Below, in pieces: positions 42,326 through 55,112 of a stretch of 64,000 bases of DNA. Within the stretch, counting starts at the first letter, position 1. Each line of letters opens with the position of its first letter. Source of the DNA: Bugula neritina. Its lineage: Eukaryota > Animalia > Bryozoa. The notes under the pieces were generated by a model, which did no database searches, had not been told where the DNA came from, and saw only the letters and a list, made by a program, of their open reading frames with translations. The DNA lies in the NCBI GenBank assembly GCA_964035545.1, contig OZ037766.1, positions 2,170,001 through 2,234,000 of the forward strand, read 5' to 3'. Both the position numbers and the translations under genes were made by a program.

Positions 42326-43072
42326 CGTCTAGATGAGGAATTGTGGGTAATTATTTTTTCGAACGCTCCTAACAACGTAGTAGATAACTCCGAAGCTGGT
42401 TCATTGAACTGTATAATTATTATTTTTCTCAACTGTATGCCGGTATTTAAACAGCTAAAAAGCTCAAGGTTCTATTCTTATATCTTATGTTTCGCAAGTC
42501 ATACCATGCATGATCATACAGCTTAAATGGTTGTGACAATTGCGTAAATTGACTCTAACTAAGATATTTTTCATGCAGCCAAAGAAAACTTGCTGCTGCA
42601 GCAGCAAACTAGGCTATATGCATACAAAATCGAAACTACTTGTATAAAAAACTTGATGCATGTATAGCTTTTTTTACTTGTTTTAGGTAACAATACTGAT
42701 TACACTGGGTGATTATTTTAGAAGATTATAAGTGTAAATTTATCACAATCATAGAAAAATACTCACACAAAGTAACATTAAATGTAAACCTGCAGACTAA
42801 AGTCAATCTGGTGCAATCCTAGTCATGTGATGAATAGCACAAGCCAGAATATGAATTTGTATACCATTTATTTAAAATAATATAAATAATAGCATAATAA
42901 ATTAAATTCATTTAGATTTGGACGGAAAATAGTAGAAACTAATAATATAGTTGTACCAAAATACACAAGACAAAATATTAAACAACTTGGTTTATAATTG
43001 CATTGCTAATATAATTGCTAAAAATTTGAACCAGCATGTATATCTTTAGATTAGAACTGGAACTGGGAGCCA

Positions 43073-46000
43073 TCATGTACTCGCAACTTTATGAACTTTA
43101 TTTATCCGACTGAGAATTGTGTTCTCTCTTTCTCGAAGCCTAGATGCCATTTCCGCCTGTTGATTAAAAATTAAAACATTAACATTTTGCATCTTAATGT
43201 TTAAAATATTTTCAGTTTATTCAAAATTCTCTGAGTGTTCATAGGAATAATCCACCTTTTATATTTCATTATATTCAGATGTGTTGATTTTATTACATTT
43301 ACTATATGTGTGAAAATTTTACAAATATACGAGCCATATTTATTAACTAGAAAATGTCTCCAACATATGTAAAAAGAAACTACTTTTATGCATTGTTTTA
43401 TAAATTATAGGTTATTACTCTATAAACCGTGTATACCAACTGTAGTTGAAGTCAGTTATATCATGATGTAAATAAAACTGCATCAATTATATTAATTTAC
43501 ATGACTGAGTGACTTGAAATAAAAAGAAACAATATTATGTATGATAGCATCTACTATAAACTATTTTTTGACATAACCGGTTGAGCTTGAATATAATAAA
43601 GTGGCCAATCAAATCGCTGTTTATAAATTGAGTGCAGTAACAATACAGATACAAGACAGGAAGAAGGTATTGGAACATTTGCGCAAAAAATTGTTGAATA
43701 AAAGAGTTGATTACATTTTATTAATATTAGCCTTTAAAATCAGGCCTCAGATAAATTTGATAACTCCTTGTGGTTGAAGTTTGTTTCCCCACACATTAAA
43801 TTTTAATTGTCAAAAGTCATAAATATTTATGAGCAACTCTCACAGACTGCTTTGCTGATTTCATTGATTAAATTTTTACTTTATGCCTAAATTATCACGA
43901 GAAGATAACTCACATTGAGATTTTTGAAGGTGTCTTTTGTAACGAGTTCGACAACCTGCTGAATCTCTTCTGGAGTAAGTTTAGATAGAATGAGATCCTG
44001 TTGAGCTATTTCCTCTTCCTGTTTAAGTCTAGCCTGCCTCTTCGCCTCCTCCGCCTCTTCCTTTCGAGCTAGGAGCTCAGACTCGGACTACATACAAAGT
44101 AGTAGTAGATAATACAGCAGACGTTGAGATACAGCAGACATTGAGATACAAAGCAGACGTTGAGATACAAAGCAGACGTTGAGATACAAAGGAGTAGTAG
44201 ATAATACAGCAGACGTTGAGATACAAAGCAGACGCAGGGATACACATGAAACATGTGAAATATTATTTGCCATTAGGTATTTTTTAAATGATTAGAATGT
44301 TATAAGTTTACTCTATCTGCTACCAAGACTTATGTTCAGTATAAAATAGATGGCCTGTATTATAAGGGAGTTAAATTGTCTACTAAAAAAAATTATTTAT
44401 TATCTCACATATTTCTGAAATTTTATATCCCATATTCTATTTTTATAGAGCACTTATTAAGTTGATCAGGAAGTTTTTAAGGTTTCCAGTAATAAATGTT
44501 AGAAGACATTGAAATAGTAAAATACGGTGTGATTTATATATTTCAATTGCGTAAAGCGACAAAATTCAAGTAGTTAAACTCTAAAATATAATCTCAGTAT
44601 CAACTACATACCTACAGATAAAACACCTACCCACTAGTTTGTCTACTCCAAGCAATCATTACTACTAATTAATTGAATTAATAATTAAATTCAATTAATA
44701 TTTACTACTAATTATTTATATAATAACAATTTAATCAAACTATAATGTGGATTGGCATTATGCATTCAATTATTACTAGCCACAATATCTTTTCGAACAA
44801 TTTTAAAATTTAACTTTTAAATTTTAATTTTCAAGACATAGGAACGAAAATAAATATAAATTTAAATGTGCCAGCTATGCCATGATAATGTGATTATAAA
44901 TTCTGCAAAGAAAACAAATACGAAATGATAAAACTGTAAAGATATCCAATGGCTCAAGAAAATTACTATCAGAATTGATTACTGTTAGTCTAGACTCTAG
45001 AGTATAATATAAAGAATAAATAAACTGTCTGCTAAAAATGAATAGACTAGTAAACAATAAAATAAATTATTAATGAAAATAGGAAGAAAGTATATAGATA
45101 TATAGAATACAGTATGCGAAGTAACTGCTCTGGCCAGTCAAATCATACAGATATTAAAAGGATACGGCCCAGTACTAACTACTGTCTACGTCTAATAATA
45201 TACCTGAGCCGACTGGGTGATTGAGACATCAATGATGTTATATATAATCTCACGGATTTCTGACTTCAAGACACAAGATGGAAATATAAGTTAGTATTTG
45301 CACATTCTGTATACAATTCATAACCTAGTGCTTAAAGAAAGTTGTCTCCTCTTTCGTAGGACAAACAAAATCTGCCGGTAAATAACAACCATGTCAACCA
45401 GAGACTTACTTCCTGTGTAGGAAGTGGAGTTGGGGGCGGAGTCTTGACATACTTTTCCCAGACGTCTCGTGGCAGGCCCTCAGCCAATGGGGGCGGATAC
45501 GGCACGTCTGCCGGCTGCACTAATTCACAGGTTAGGTCAAGGCCAATGATCTCTTCGGCTTGTGTGTGAGAGAAGACAAACTGATAAAGCTTGTAGTGCT
45601 GTAACAACCTGCAGAATTCATATGATATTGTATTAGCTTTCATATTGAAGAATTACTAACAAAGAGCGTGAACAGAGTTGATCGTATGACCTCCATTATT
45701 ATTTTTGAAATCTAATAAAGATACAGAGTTAGTGAACACCTCAGTAGGGTTAACACTATAATATTATAAGATAAACAATGCTTAAGCAAGTACAATGGAA
45801 TGCACACAATTTCTTAACTAAATGTGAAAATATAAGTTTTTCCGTACGTAGTATGGAAATAGTCAGCTATTTTCTTAGCCTGTGCCGAGTCAAAGATGTC
45901 TAGACCTCCCGGAGTCTCGGTCTCCACCGCACCAACTCCACTCATCATCATTTTCAGCTCCCGGATATTGTCCAGAATATGCATGTGCTTTTCTGCCGGC

Positions 46001-48999
46001 AGACAAACAGACAGACACACAGTTAACAGGCAAATGTTGCGTAGAGCAAAGTTACAATATTAGAAAAATATAAAGAGCAGGAAATCTTGAATTGGGTTTG
46101 GCTGGGACTTCTGGAAAATAAAGGTTCCTGTGTTAGATCAAAGGTTATCTGAATTTTTTCTCTCAGCTGTATAAACTTGCTGTTAAACTGACATGGTTGC
46201 TTCACGTGGAGCTGTTATACAAGAATATCATATAATTACTTGGAAATGCTACAGCAGACAGTGGCATGTGCATTGTATGCATATCTATGCATGCAAATGG
46301 ATCACACATAACTACATAAAACTAAAACAATTATATAAATTTTAAAATGTTTAAAAAATAATCACTAAAAATTAGCTTTTTTTACTTTTCATAGTTCAAT
46401 TATAACGCTAGGCCAAAACCCAAACTACAACTTTTTACAATGTATTTAGACACCTTTAACATTTAGGAGAAGCTGATTGGCTGCAGTAAACAACGCAGAC
46501 GTCTGAGGCACTGTGAACTGCTGCTCCTTGGCCCACCAGAACACACTGACATAGTAGTCAAGCTGGGTGGCCTCAAGTAGCTCCGTACTGTGGTTTTCCA
46601 GCTGAAGAATAGAGGCTAAACTCCTAGAAATACACAGACAATAACTAAATGAGGAGAATGAATTGTTATTTGCATCACTAGGCGAATGGTGAAAGGATAA
46701 ACAGTGGCCCATTGCAAATAATGTGAAATAGTACTAAACTAATTAAGAAACTACCATATTGCAAAGTGGCTTCAGACTAGGCGCATATGCTAGAGATATT
46801 AGCCACAGATGCCATACTAACTATTCCACTTACTTTTCAACCTCTTCCACTTCCAGTTCTAGAAGATTCTTAGTTTGGGTCTCATCTATAACTTTGAAGA
46901 CATACGGGTTTTCTCTATCCGTCTCCTAAAATTGGACATGAACACTTTTGCTAGCAACATAATTTAGAGCTGATTGTATAACATATTCATCATCGCTCTT
47001 TTATTTGAAGAACAATAATATGTTTGTATCATAGCAAGTGTAAGCCTACATCAGCATACAGACTGCATATAATCGAATAAAATAATTTAAATTTTAATAA
47101 AATAAAGAATAGTTTATTAATTGAACATTATTTGCTGTATTATACTATTTTAGTTGGTATCATATGGTTTTATTAAAAAATATAAACCAGTAAACATTTC
47201 TAAAGCTGCCAATAGATAATTTAAAACATATTTTTGGAGTAGCATATTTTTCCAGCATTGGCCAGCAAAAAATTCTTATTAATTAATCTTAGCATAAAAA
47301 GAAAACAAAAAATTATTTTAGCCAAAAATACCACAGTCTTGAAAATAGCAAAAGTGAAAAATGAGTGATAATATTGAAAAAATTTATATGAAACAATTAT
47401 TGAGTCAAAATATTTAAGAAATTTACAAAATTTCCTAATAATATTTTTTCATTCTTTTAGTTCATCACAAACATAATATTCTTATATGGCTTCATAGAAA
47501 TCCCATATACTAAAAGAAAGTAAGATCCCACAAATCATACAAATAACAATGAATGAAGCAAACTTGAAACAGCCATCAAATGTGACCAACAATCTGCAAA
47601 TTCACCTCAAAAGGTACATACTAACAATATCAGCAAGCCTTTAAAACTTTTTATTACAATAATGCAATAGAAATACTTGCATTAACAACTATTAAAAAAT
47701 ACTCGCAATGAAATACCATGTAATGCGTGGTAAATTATTTGAACTATAATCATGGAATTTGATTTACATTTATTTTTCATATTGTTATATCATGTAGATC
47801 AAATCTCATAGTGACTTTCACTTAATGGTACTGACTTCTACCATAACGAGAACTATTTAAGCATTGAATCAAAATTTGCACACTGAATTCTAACCAACTT
47901 TACAAAAATAGATAAATGTTTGTTTTGCATAACAATATGAATATGAGTGAGAGTGATCATTTATATGTACATTATTCTAATAACCATGATAAATTTCAAT
48001 CTTTCTTCTTATCATGCTCAATAGCATTCTAATGAAATTTCAATTCATTTCTGTTTTTGGTGTCATGTTAAAAACATACACACCGGGAATGTGAGTGTAT
48101 TTGAGTTAAATTGGATTGTTATTGCCTTAATCTACATTTGAACTTCTTTTTTATTACAATTATGAATATTTACATCCTGTGCAAATAACTTTAAAAAAGG
48201 GTATGTTATTCATTTAAAATTGATTTGAATAAAATTGAAATTCATGTAGTGATGCTGTCTTAAGAGTAAGCTTAAGGCTCATAATAACACTATCAGTAAC
48301 TGAAGGTCTAAAGCCAAGGGCAACAAGTTGGCAACCACATTAATATTCGTGTTCACCCTTTTCCTTTACTTTCTTAGCGACTAGTTAGTAAGTTACTAGT
48401 TAGACTCTTTCAGTCTCTGCCCTTTAGATTCCACCTTTGGCTTTGCCCTTAAAGTTAACTTTTAGTTTCATCATTAGTTTTTCCATTTCTCAAACAAAAA
48501 GTGTGACGATTTACAGTAATAATGCCAGTATGAGTATGACTATGATACTCACTATAACTATAACCTGCCGATAAGTATTGAGTGCGTCGTAAGTTCAACT
48601 GTCCAAGACTATCACTAACTCTAAAATCTTCCTAGAGTAATGGTTATACTAAAACTGCTAGTAGAACAGTTAGTCTAACAGTGACACTAACTCCAACTGA
48701 AACTGCAACTCACTAACAGTAACTCAAACTGAAACTTATTCTCAGACTTCAACTAAAACTGTGAGTGTAACACTTACACCAACACTGAAACAGTAACTCT
48801 AACTCTAAAGTCTAAGCCGAAAGCTAACCAATTTACCATGTCCTGACCCTCTAAAAGTTCGTAGAATCTATAAACTAGCTATTTGAAAACTCACATCTCC
48901 AGCTTTATTTTCTTTATCTTTAGTCTTATTAGACTTTCCTGAACGTTTTTTCATGCTGGATTGAGTAAGTGATCCCTTTCGTTTATCGGTGTCTGCCAT
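43073..48999 (-). CDS. CABCOCO1: Ciliary-associated calcium-binding coiled-coil protein 1-like (CLAMP family); exons 48999-48895, 46925-46834, 46623-46454, 45992-45848, 45608-45410, (possibly about 45263-45204), 44087-43914, 43156-43073
   Basis: LDYYVSVFWWAKEQQF, IFDSAQAKKIADYFHTTLLQHYKLYQFVF, EEIIGLD, PYPPPLAEGL and a C-terminal coiled coil match my recollection of CABCOCO1/C10orf107; phases are consistent. Confidence 0.85.
44093..44245. repeat. ~19-bp minisatellite (gatacaaagcagacgttga) abutting a splice acceptor
   Basis: Seen directly. ORFs 44069..44254 and 44088..44273 are artefacts. Confidence 0.9.
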
Positions 49000-49023
49000 G
49001 CTTAATGTTTAAATCAATTTCCG

Positions 49024-49037
49024 GTTCCCTGGGCAAC
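49024..49037. promoter_or_regulatory. RFX-binding X-box upstream of the CABCOCO1-like gene
   Basis: GTTCCC-TG-GGCAAC, 25 nt upstream of the ATG, fits the X-box consensus GTNRCC-N0-3-RGYAAC with one mismatch. X-boxes are typical of ciliary genes. Confidence 0.7.
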
Positions 49038-50910
49038 CACTATCAACTTTCGAATCCCGTTAACATTGTAATTAGACAACTCTTAGGAAACAATAGAGCT
49101 AACCGTAGAACTGTTTCACCGAGCTTTAAATAATTAATACCCAGTGCATGTAAGCATGTAACCTTATTATTTAGTACTTAGACCCACACTAGTGTTATAC
49201 ACCGAGGTTTTAAGCTAAACCAAATATTTCTTGCTAGTAATAGATTATAATTTGTGTGTAAAGTGTCAGCTGCAAACACTTATAAACTAAACACACAATA
49301 TACAATATTGTAATGATTAATATGATGTAGTACTATACTCTTAATGTAATTAAGAGAGTGCATGATGGCTTACTTTTTTAGTAGTGCCATCTTGGGCTCC
49401 CTGTCTGTCACCTCTCTTGCCAGACTAGAAATATATATTGAATTATCAACTTCAAGTAGTGATTTCAGGCTTGACATAACTTGCTAATAAATAACTATTG
49501 AAGGGCATATAAAGTGAAGCTCAAATAAAAAGCATAGTTTTCAACCTAAGCTCCTTTTTTACAAAATATTCAAAAACATACACAACTTCTGTAATAATCT
49601 AACAGATAGTTTAGTAAAATTAGTCAAAAAGGTAATATATTTTAGGCTTCAAGTGAAAACTAAGGTACCTGGTTTGCAAAAAATGTCTGTATAGTATAAT
49701 AATATACTATAACATAATGCAATAAAATATAATACAATATTTCATACAATATATGTGTAATAACATGTAACCTATATCATCATATACAATATACTATAAT
49801 ATATACAATATAAATATACATTATGATGAAATAGAGCATACCTTAGCACGACCTGATCGAGGCATATCTCACTGCTGCTCACAGTCTCCTACTTTTACTA
49901 CGACCACAGTTTATAAACTCATTAGGACCCTTTAATCTTGCAGTTGCAAATGTAAACATTGTTCTTAGTAACCAAGAAGTAATACTAGCCAATGTGTGAG
50001 TGTGTTAGCATGTAGCTAATGCTTTCTTCAAACTCTGTTATAAAACAAAGGATCTATAGACTAAGTGTTATAAGGAAAGTCAATACATTATGGAAGCTAT
50101 TATAATTGTGTAAGTTTCAATTGTTGAACTGTGCTATATAGGTTTCAAAGCCCTTATCAAATATTCAATAAACAGTTATAATATCTGATAACAATAATTG
50201 TTTATAATAAATTATGTGATATAGCTGCAACAGCAAAGGTAGGATAACTCTGAAATCACAGCTCAGTTACCTTACATAATAATATTATATTTCTTGTTTC
50301 TGATTTAGCATCAACTGCAGACCTAATATTATTACCTGTGAAATATATTGCACAATACTATCATGGAAGATGTTTTCCTACTTGCTACCATGAGCACATT
50401 GTTTTCTCTAAGTCCTAAGTGAGCTTAATATGTAATCCATTTTGATGTGCTGGAGGAAAATTTCCAGTAAGCTGATGGTAAAGCTTATCTGCTCTTCTCT
50501 CTAGAATACTTAATGCTTAGTTTTATATTAGATGCAACAGCCCCAGTTAAAATTGTTTACCCATTTAATAGCCTTTCCTTGAGCAGGCGGTGTGTCTCTA
50601 TAATATTATCGCCATTTTACTTGGTTGTTTGATATTTAGCATAAATAATGTTCCGTCTATTTCGAGATAAATTCAACTTGATCACACAACTCCAAAATGT
50701 ACCAGTTTATTACAGCTTTTCACATTATTAGACATCAGAACGATGGATGTCAAATTACATTTATTAAAAATATCTATAAAATTGACAAAACGAGCATATT
50801 AAAAATGATGAAATAACATTGCAGTTCTCTTTCCATTTCGACAATTACAATAAAATGATAGCACATTGTAAATAGGGAAAATCTCCAGTAAAACGCACTA
50901 TTACTTCATA

Positions 50911-53900
50911 TCAAAACCTTCTAGTAAACGGGTTAAACAATTCGGGATCCTTCAGAAACTCTTCTCTTTTCTGCATGATTGGCATAAACCCTACAAGTGA
51001 GAAAATAACATTAATATTCTAAACATGTAGATGGTTATTAAATTAGAATATCTTATGCTCAAACAAGTTGCAATTTGTTCAAACTAATGAGAAATATTCT
51101 CGAGCGTCCAAACCATTAGTATGACTGTCTTCAGAATGAAATTGCTCTAAATCTAAAGAAGGTGATAATGATGGTTAAAATATTAGTGAACGCAATTATC
51201 TGTTTATACATAAAACAGTTTTAGGTTGCATTTTTTGTCACCATTTTAGCGCTTGAGCAGAAAAAACTTTTATTTGGTTTTTCAATCAACAACCCTTCAA
51301 AGAGAACTAACTGTAAGGCTAGGTATTTTACGTTGGTGATGAAAATGTTGTTTCAAACCAGGTTGAACTATAGATTGCTTTTGAATTGTTAACTGCTGCA
51401 TTAAATAATAAACTATGCTCTTTAGACTAGGAGAGGCAGAAATGGGGGGGGGGACGAAGATGGGGGAGAAGTGATGTACCAGCTTAGCTGCTCTTGATGT
51501 TTATGTTTGTAACAAGGTTTAAATAAAGCACACATTTGTTCCCATCAGAATAAAAAATATAACAATTTCTCTCTCAACACTTTGTGGTTAAAAATTATAT
51601 ATTGAATCTAAAGAATAAAATGAGATAGAACTGCAGCTAATAGATAAGGAAACAAATGCTAACAGAGACTTATATTAGTTAGTATGTCACGTACCCATCT
51701 TCCGTGCTCTCCGAATCAACTTGCTGACCCTTATTTGCATCGGAATACACAGACCTGTGATGCTGGCACCGTATATCTTACCAGTAAATGGTGACACAAA
51801 CTGTGAGAGAAGTCTTATATTCTGTAACAAAGTCAGCACTGTGTATATTATAAGTAGTATACAGTATAACTTATATGTTACACTGTGTATATTATAAGTA
51901 GTATACAGTATAACTTATCTGCTACACTGTGCATATTATAAGTAGTATACAGTATAACTTATATGTTACACTGTGTATATTATAAGTAGTATACGGTATA
52001 ACTTATATGTTACACTGTGTATATTATAAGTAGTATACGGTATAACTTATATGTTACACTGTGTATATTATAAGTAGTATACGGTATAACTTACATGTTA
52101 TACTACACTTTGTATTGTTTACATTTTGCTATACATATAAGGTCGTGTGAAGAAGTGTTAACTACTGTAAACTACACACAGACACTACATTTTCATATTA
52201 ATCACTTAGGGCATTAATTTCTAACTATTGTGACAATTTTTTTGAAAAATATTTTTTTACTGCATAGAGGTTGATGGATAGACCAAGACTTATATGCTAA
52301 ACCACCGAATATAAACAGCATCATTTTTTTTAATTTAATTATAACCTGTTTCACTGATTTAAACTATTTTTGTTAGATTTCCTACAAGATATCTTTGCTG
52401 TGTGTGAATGCTACTAACTTTATAGTCTAGCTCTATATTGTGCTGACAGAGTATGCATTTCTTCTGTTCTTTTTTGTAAGGTGTTACATCAGTATCTATC
52501 ACTGAATCCACAGACCCGTGAGAGCAGCTGGTCGGGACGGGGGTAGCACCTCCCTCACTGGTTGTGGAAGATTCCGGACTTGTGTGCTCTGATGTAGAGG
52601 TTTGTGCAGACTAGATATAAATAGAATAAACTTGGCATAAGCTGCAGAAATGAGAAAAACTTTTAATATTTTCAGATCTTATAAGCTTTATATACCTCTA
52701 TTCACCGTAAAAACTCTCTTGAACAGCAATTTTTGTAAAATTCAACTTGAAAATTGGTTATGGCTTAAAATCAATTGTCTTTCAAGTTTCAACTGAATTA
52801 GAAAATAAAAAAAATTTAAAAAAGGTTGTGCAATACATTAACCAAGTTGAGAATGGCTTTCAACTTCAAGCCACAGGGTCACATTGACAATAACCCTGGA
52901 CTCCCAAATCACAAAAATATTTCAGTTGAAGCAAAAGATAGCAACTAAAACTAAGCCTATTAGAATTGCTTTTAAAAAATGATGGCATGCAACTTGTGGG
53001 CTGCTATTATACCATACTACTGAAAAGAAAAGTAAACTAGCAAAATTCTCTTGAATAACTTCTAATTAATATGTAAACATAATCAAACATTTGATGGGCA
53101 AAACAATCACTGAAACCAAATCAAAAAATACCTAAACTTAATACGCTAACAACAAAATTTGCTAAAACCTCTACTATTCATGCATGTACATTATATTATA
53201 TATACATTACTATTTGAGTCAGTATAATGCATTCCCTGCATTACTAACAATAAACATGTTTAATACAGTAAATACAAATATTGCAATCAATTCTATTACG
53301 CATTTTAAAATAAAAACAATATTGGACTCTTACATTAGCCTGTGCCCTAATCATTTGTACAATGTCATCTAAAGGTACCGGGTCTTTAAATGGCTGATAT
53401 TTTTTGTAAGCTTCCATTCTTTCTTTTTGCTGGGCTGCCCATCTTCTTGCTAATTCAACCCTATCTCTTGCTATGAAATGTAAAAATAAATTTGATTAAA
53501 ATGCAATTTTATATTAAAAAATTATAATTCTGGTGCCTCAAATAAGCAACAAAAGAAAATGCATAAATACCCAACACAAATGTTGAAATGAGTAATAACT
53601 AATAAAATAAGATAAATAAAATTTACTAAAATAGATTGTACATTTAAAATAGCTATGTCAATCTGATGCGCATATACTTATAAAAAATAGCCCAATAAGT
53701 ATTAGTGGCTATCTGACTACCTATGAGATGCACTTTGTTACATACACGGGAAAACTGTATTCAGTTTAAGACATTTTTCTTTAATAATTACTGCAGCTGA
53801 AGTTCAACATCACACTTCTGTTTAAGTTCAAGTCCTTTAGATCTTGCAATAAAAGTTATTGAAGGTAGATTGACAATCACATTGATTTACTTTCAACTAT

Positions 53901-55112
53901 TTGTTTATAATTATTCATTTATTGTAACACAGATAAAGCTAATACGTAATTGAAAAAAATGAAAAAGTAAAAGTTAGATTTACTGTTACACTTAAATCAA
54001 ATTTAAGATTAATTTTAAATATTGCAGCCATTGCTAAATTGCCTTTATATTTGGAACCAGGCGCCAGCTACTCTAGTAATGCTTGCTGTTGAAGGAAAGT
54101 CTCAAACAGAACGTAATACTGAGATCCACATTTACTGATCAAGTAAAGTAATGGTAAGACTGGAACTTGTAAGTATAATTATAATATTTACAAGTACTAA
54201 AAGTTACTGTAAGTTTAAGTGTAACCACCTCTAAGTTCCTAAGTAAATGTTCACTTAGTCTCCTACGGCTACAGCTAATGCTATAGCAAGCAAATATTAT
54301 TATAAATATTGAACTACAGTTACTAGATAATAGTTACTGTTAGTGTTACTGTAACACTAACTGTAAGTGTTACACCAAAGTCAACTAACTACGAGTACGT
54401 CTACGACTACCGAGTACTCAGTTACTGTAAAAGTAACACTAAATTTTAAGTGATAAGTTTCAGTTCAAGAGTCAGTAACGCAAACTGTAACTGTGCAACT
54501 GTAAGCCAAAGAGTTAAAAACTCAGTTACAGTAGCAAATATTGAAATAATAAAAATTAATAATTTACTTTTAGTTATAATATAAATATTATAATTTTATA
54601 AGTATGAATATATCTATTAGTATTAATATAAGTATGCGTTTATCTTTATTTAAACTTAACATAAAATAAAAAATCTAAATAGTAATAGAAATTAAACACA
54701 ATATGAATATCAATATGAATAAATATAATATAATTATAAACTACAGATAAAAGTAAAAGTTTAAACTAAAGTAATTCAGTTTCACTAACTTAATTAGTAA
54801 AACTGAATTACTTCAACATAAACTTTTAATTAATTAATAATTCATTAATTGTAAAACTAAAAGTAAATCAATATCATAAATCATAAAGTAATAAACGTTA
54901 AAAATAAATTTAAAACTAAAATAAAAAAATAAAAATAAAACATTGGATTTGGTTAATTTTATAACAAATTTAATATGAACTGCAGTAAACAAATTCTTAC
55001 GTTTGTCATGATAGCCGCATGCACAGGTTGATATAATACTTATTGCTTTGTTATCAAATATATTTTTTCTAAAAAGTTTTAAAGTGTGATTTGACAAATT
55101 GGTCATTGCCAT
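50911..55112 (-). CDS. MRPS18C: Mitochondrial ribosomal protein S18C (bS18m), about 215 aa; exons 55112-55001, 53470-53334, 52610-52419, 51821-51695, 50990-50911
   Basis: [69 protein letters not shown]; 648 nt in frame. The two N-terminal exons are less certain. Confidence 0.9.
51837..52105. repeat. 44-bp minisatellite, about 6 near-identical copies
   Basis: cactgtgtatattataagtagtatacagtataacttatatgtta at 44-nt spacing (51837, 51881, ...). Confidence 0.95.
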
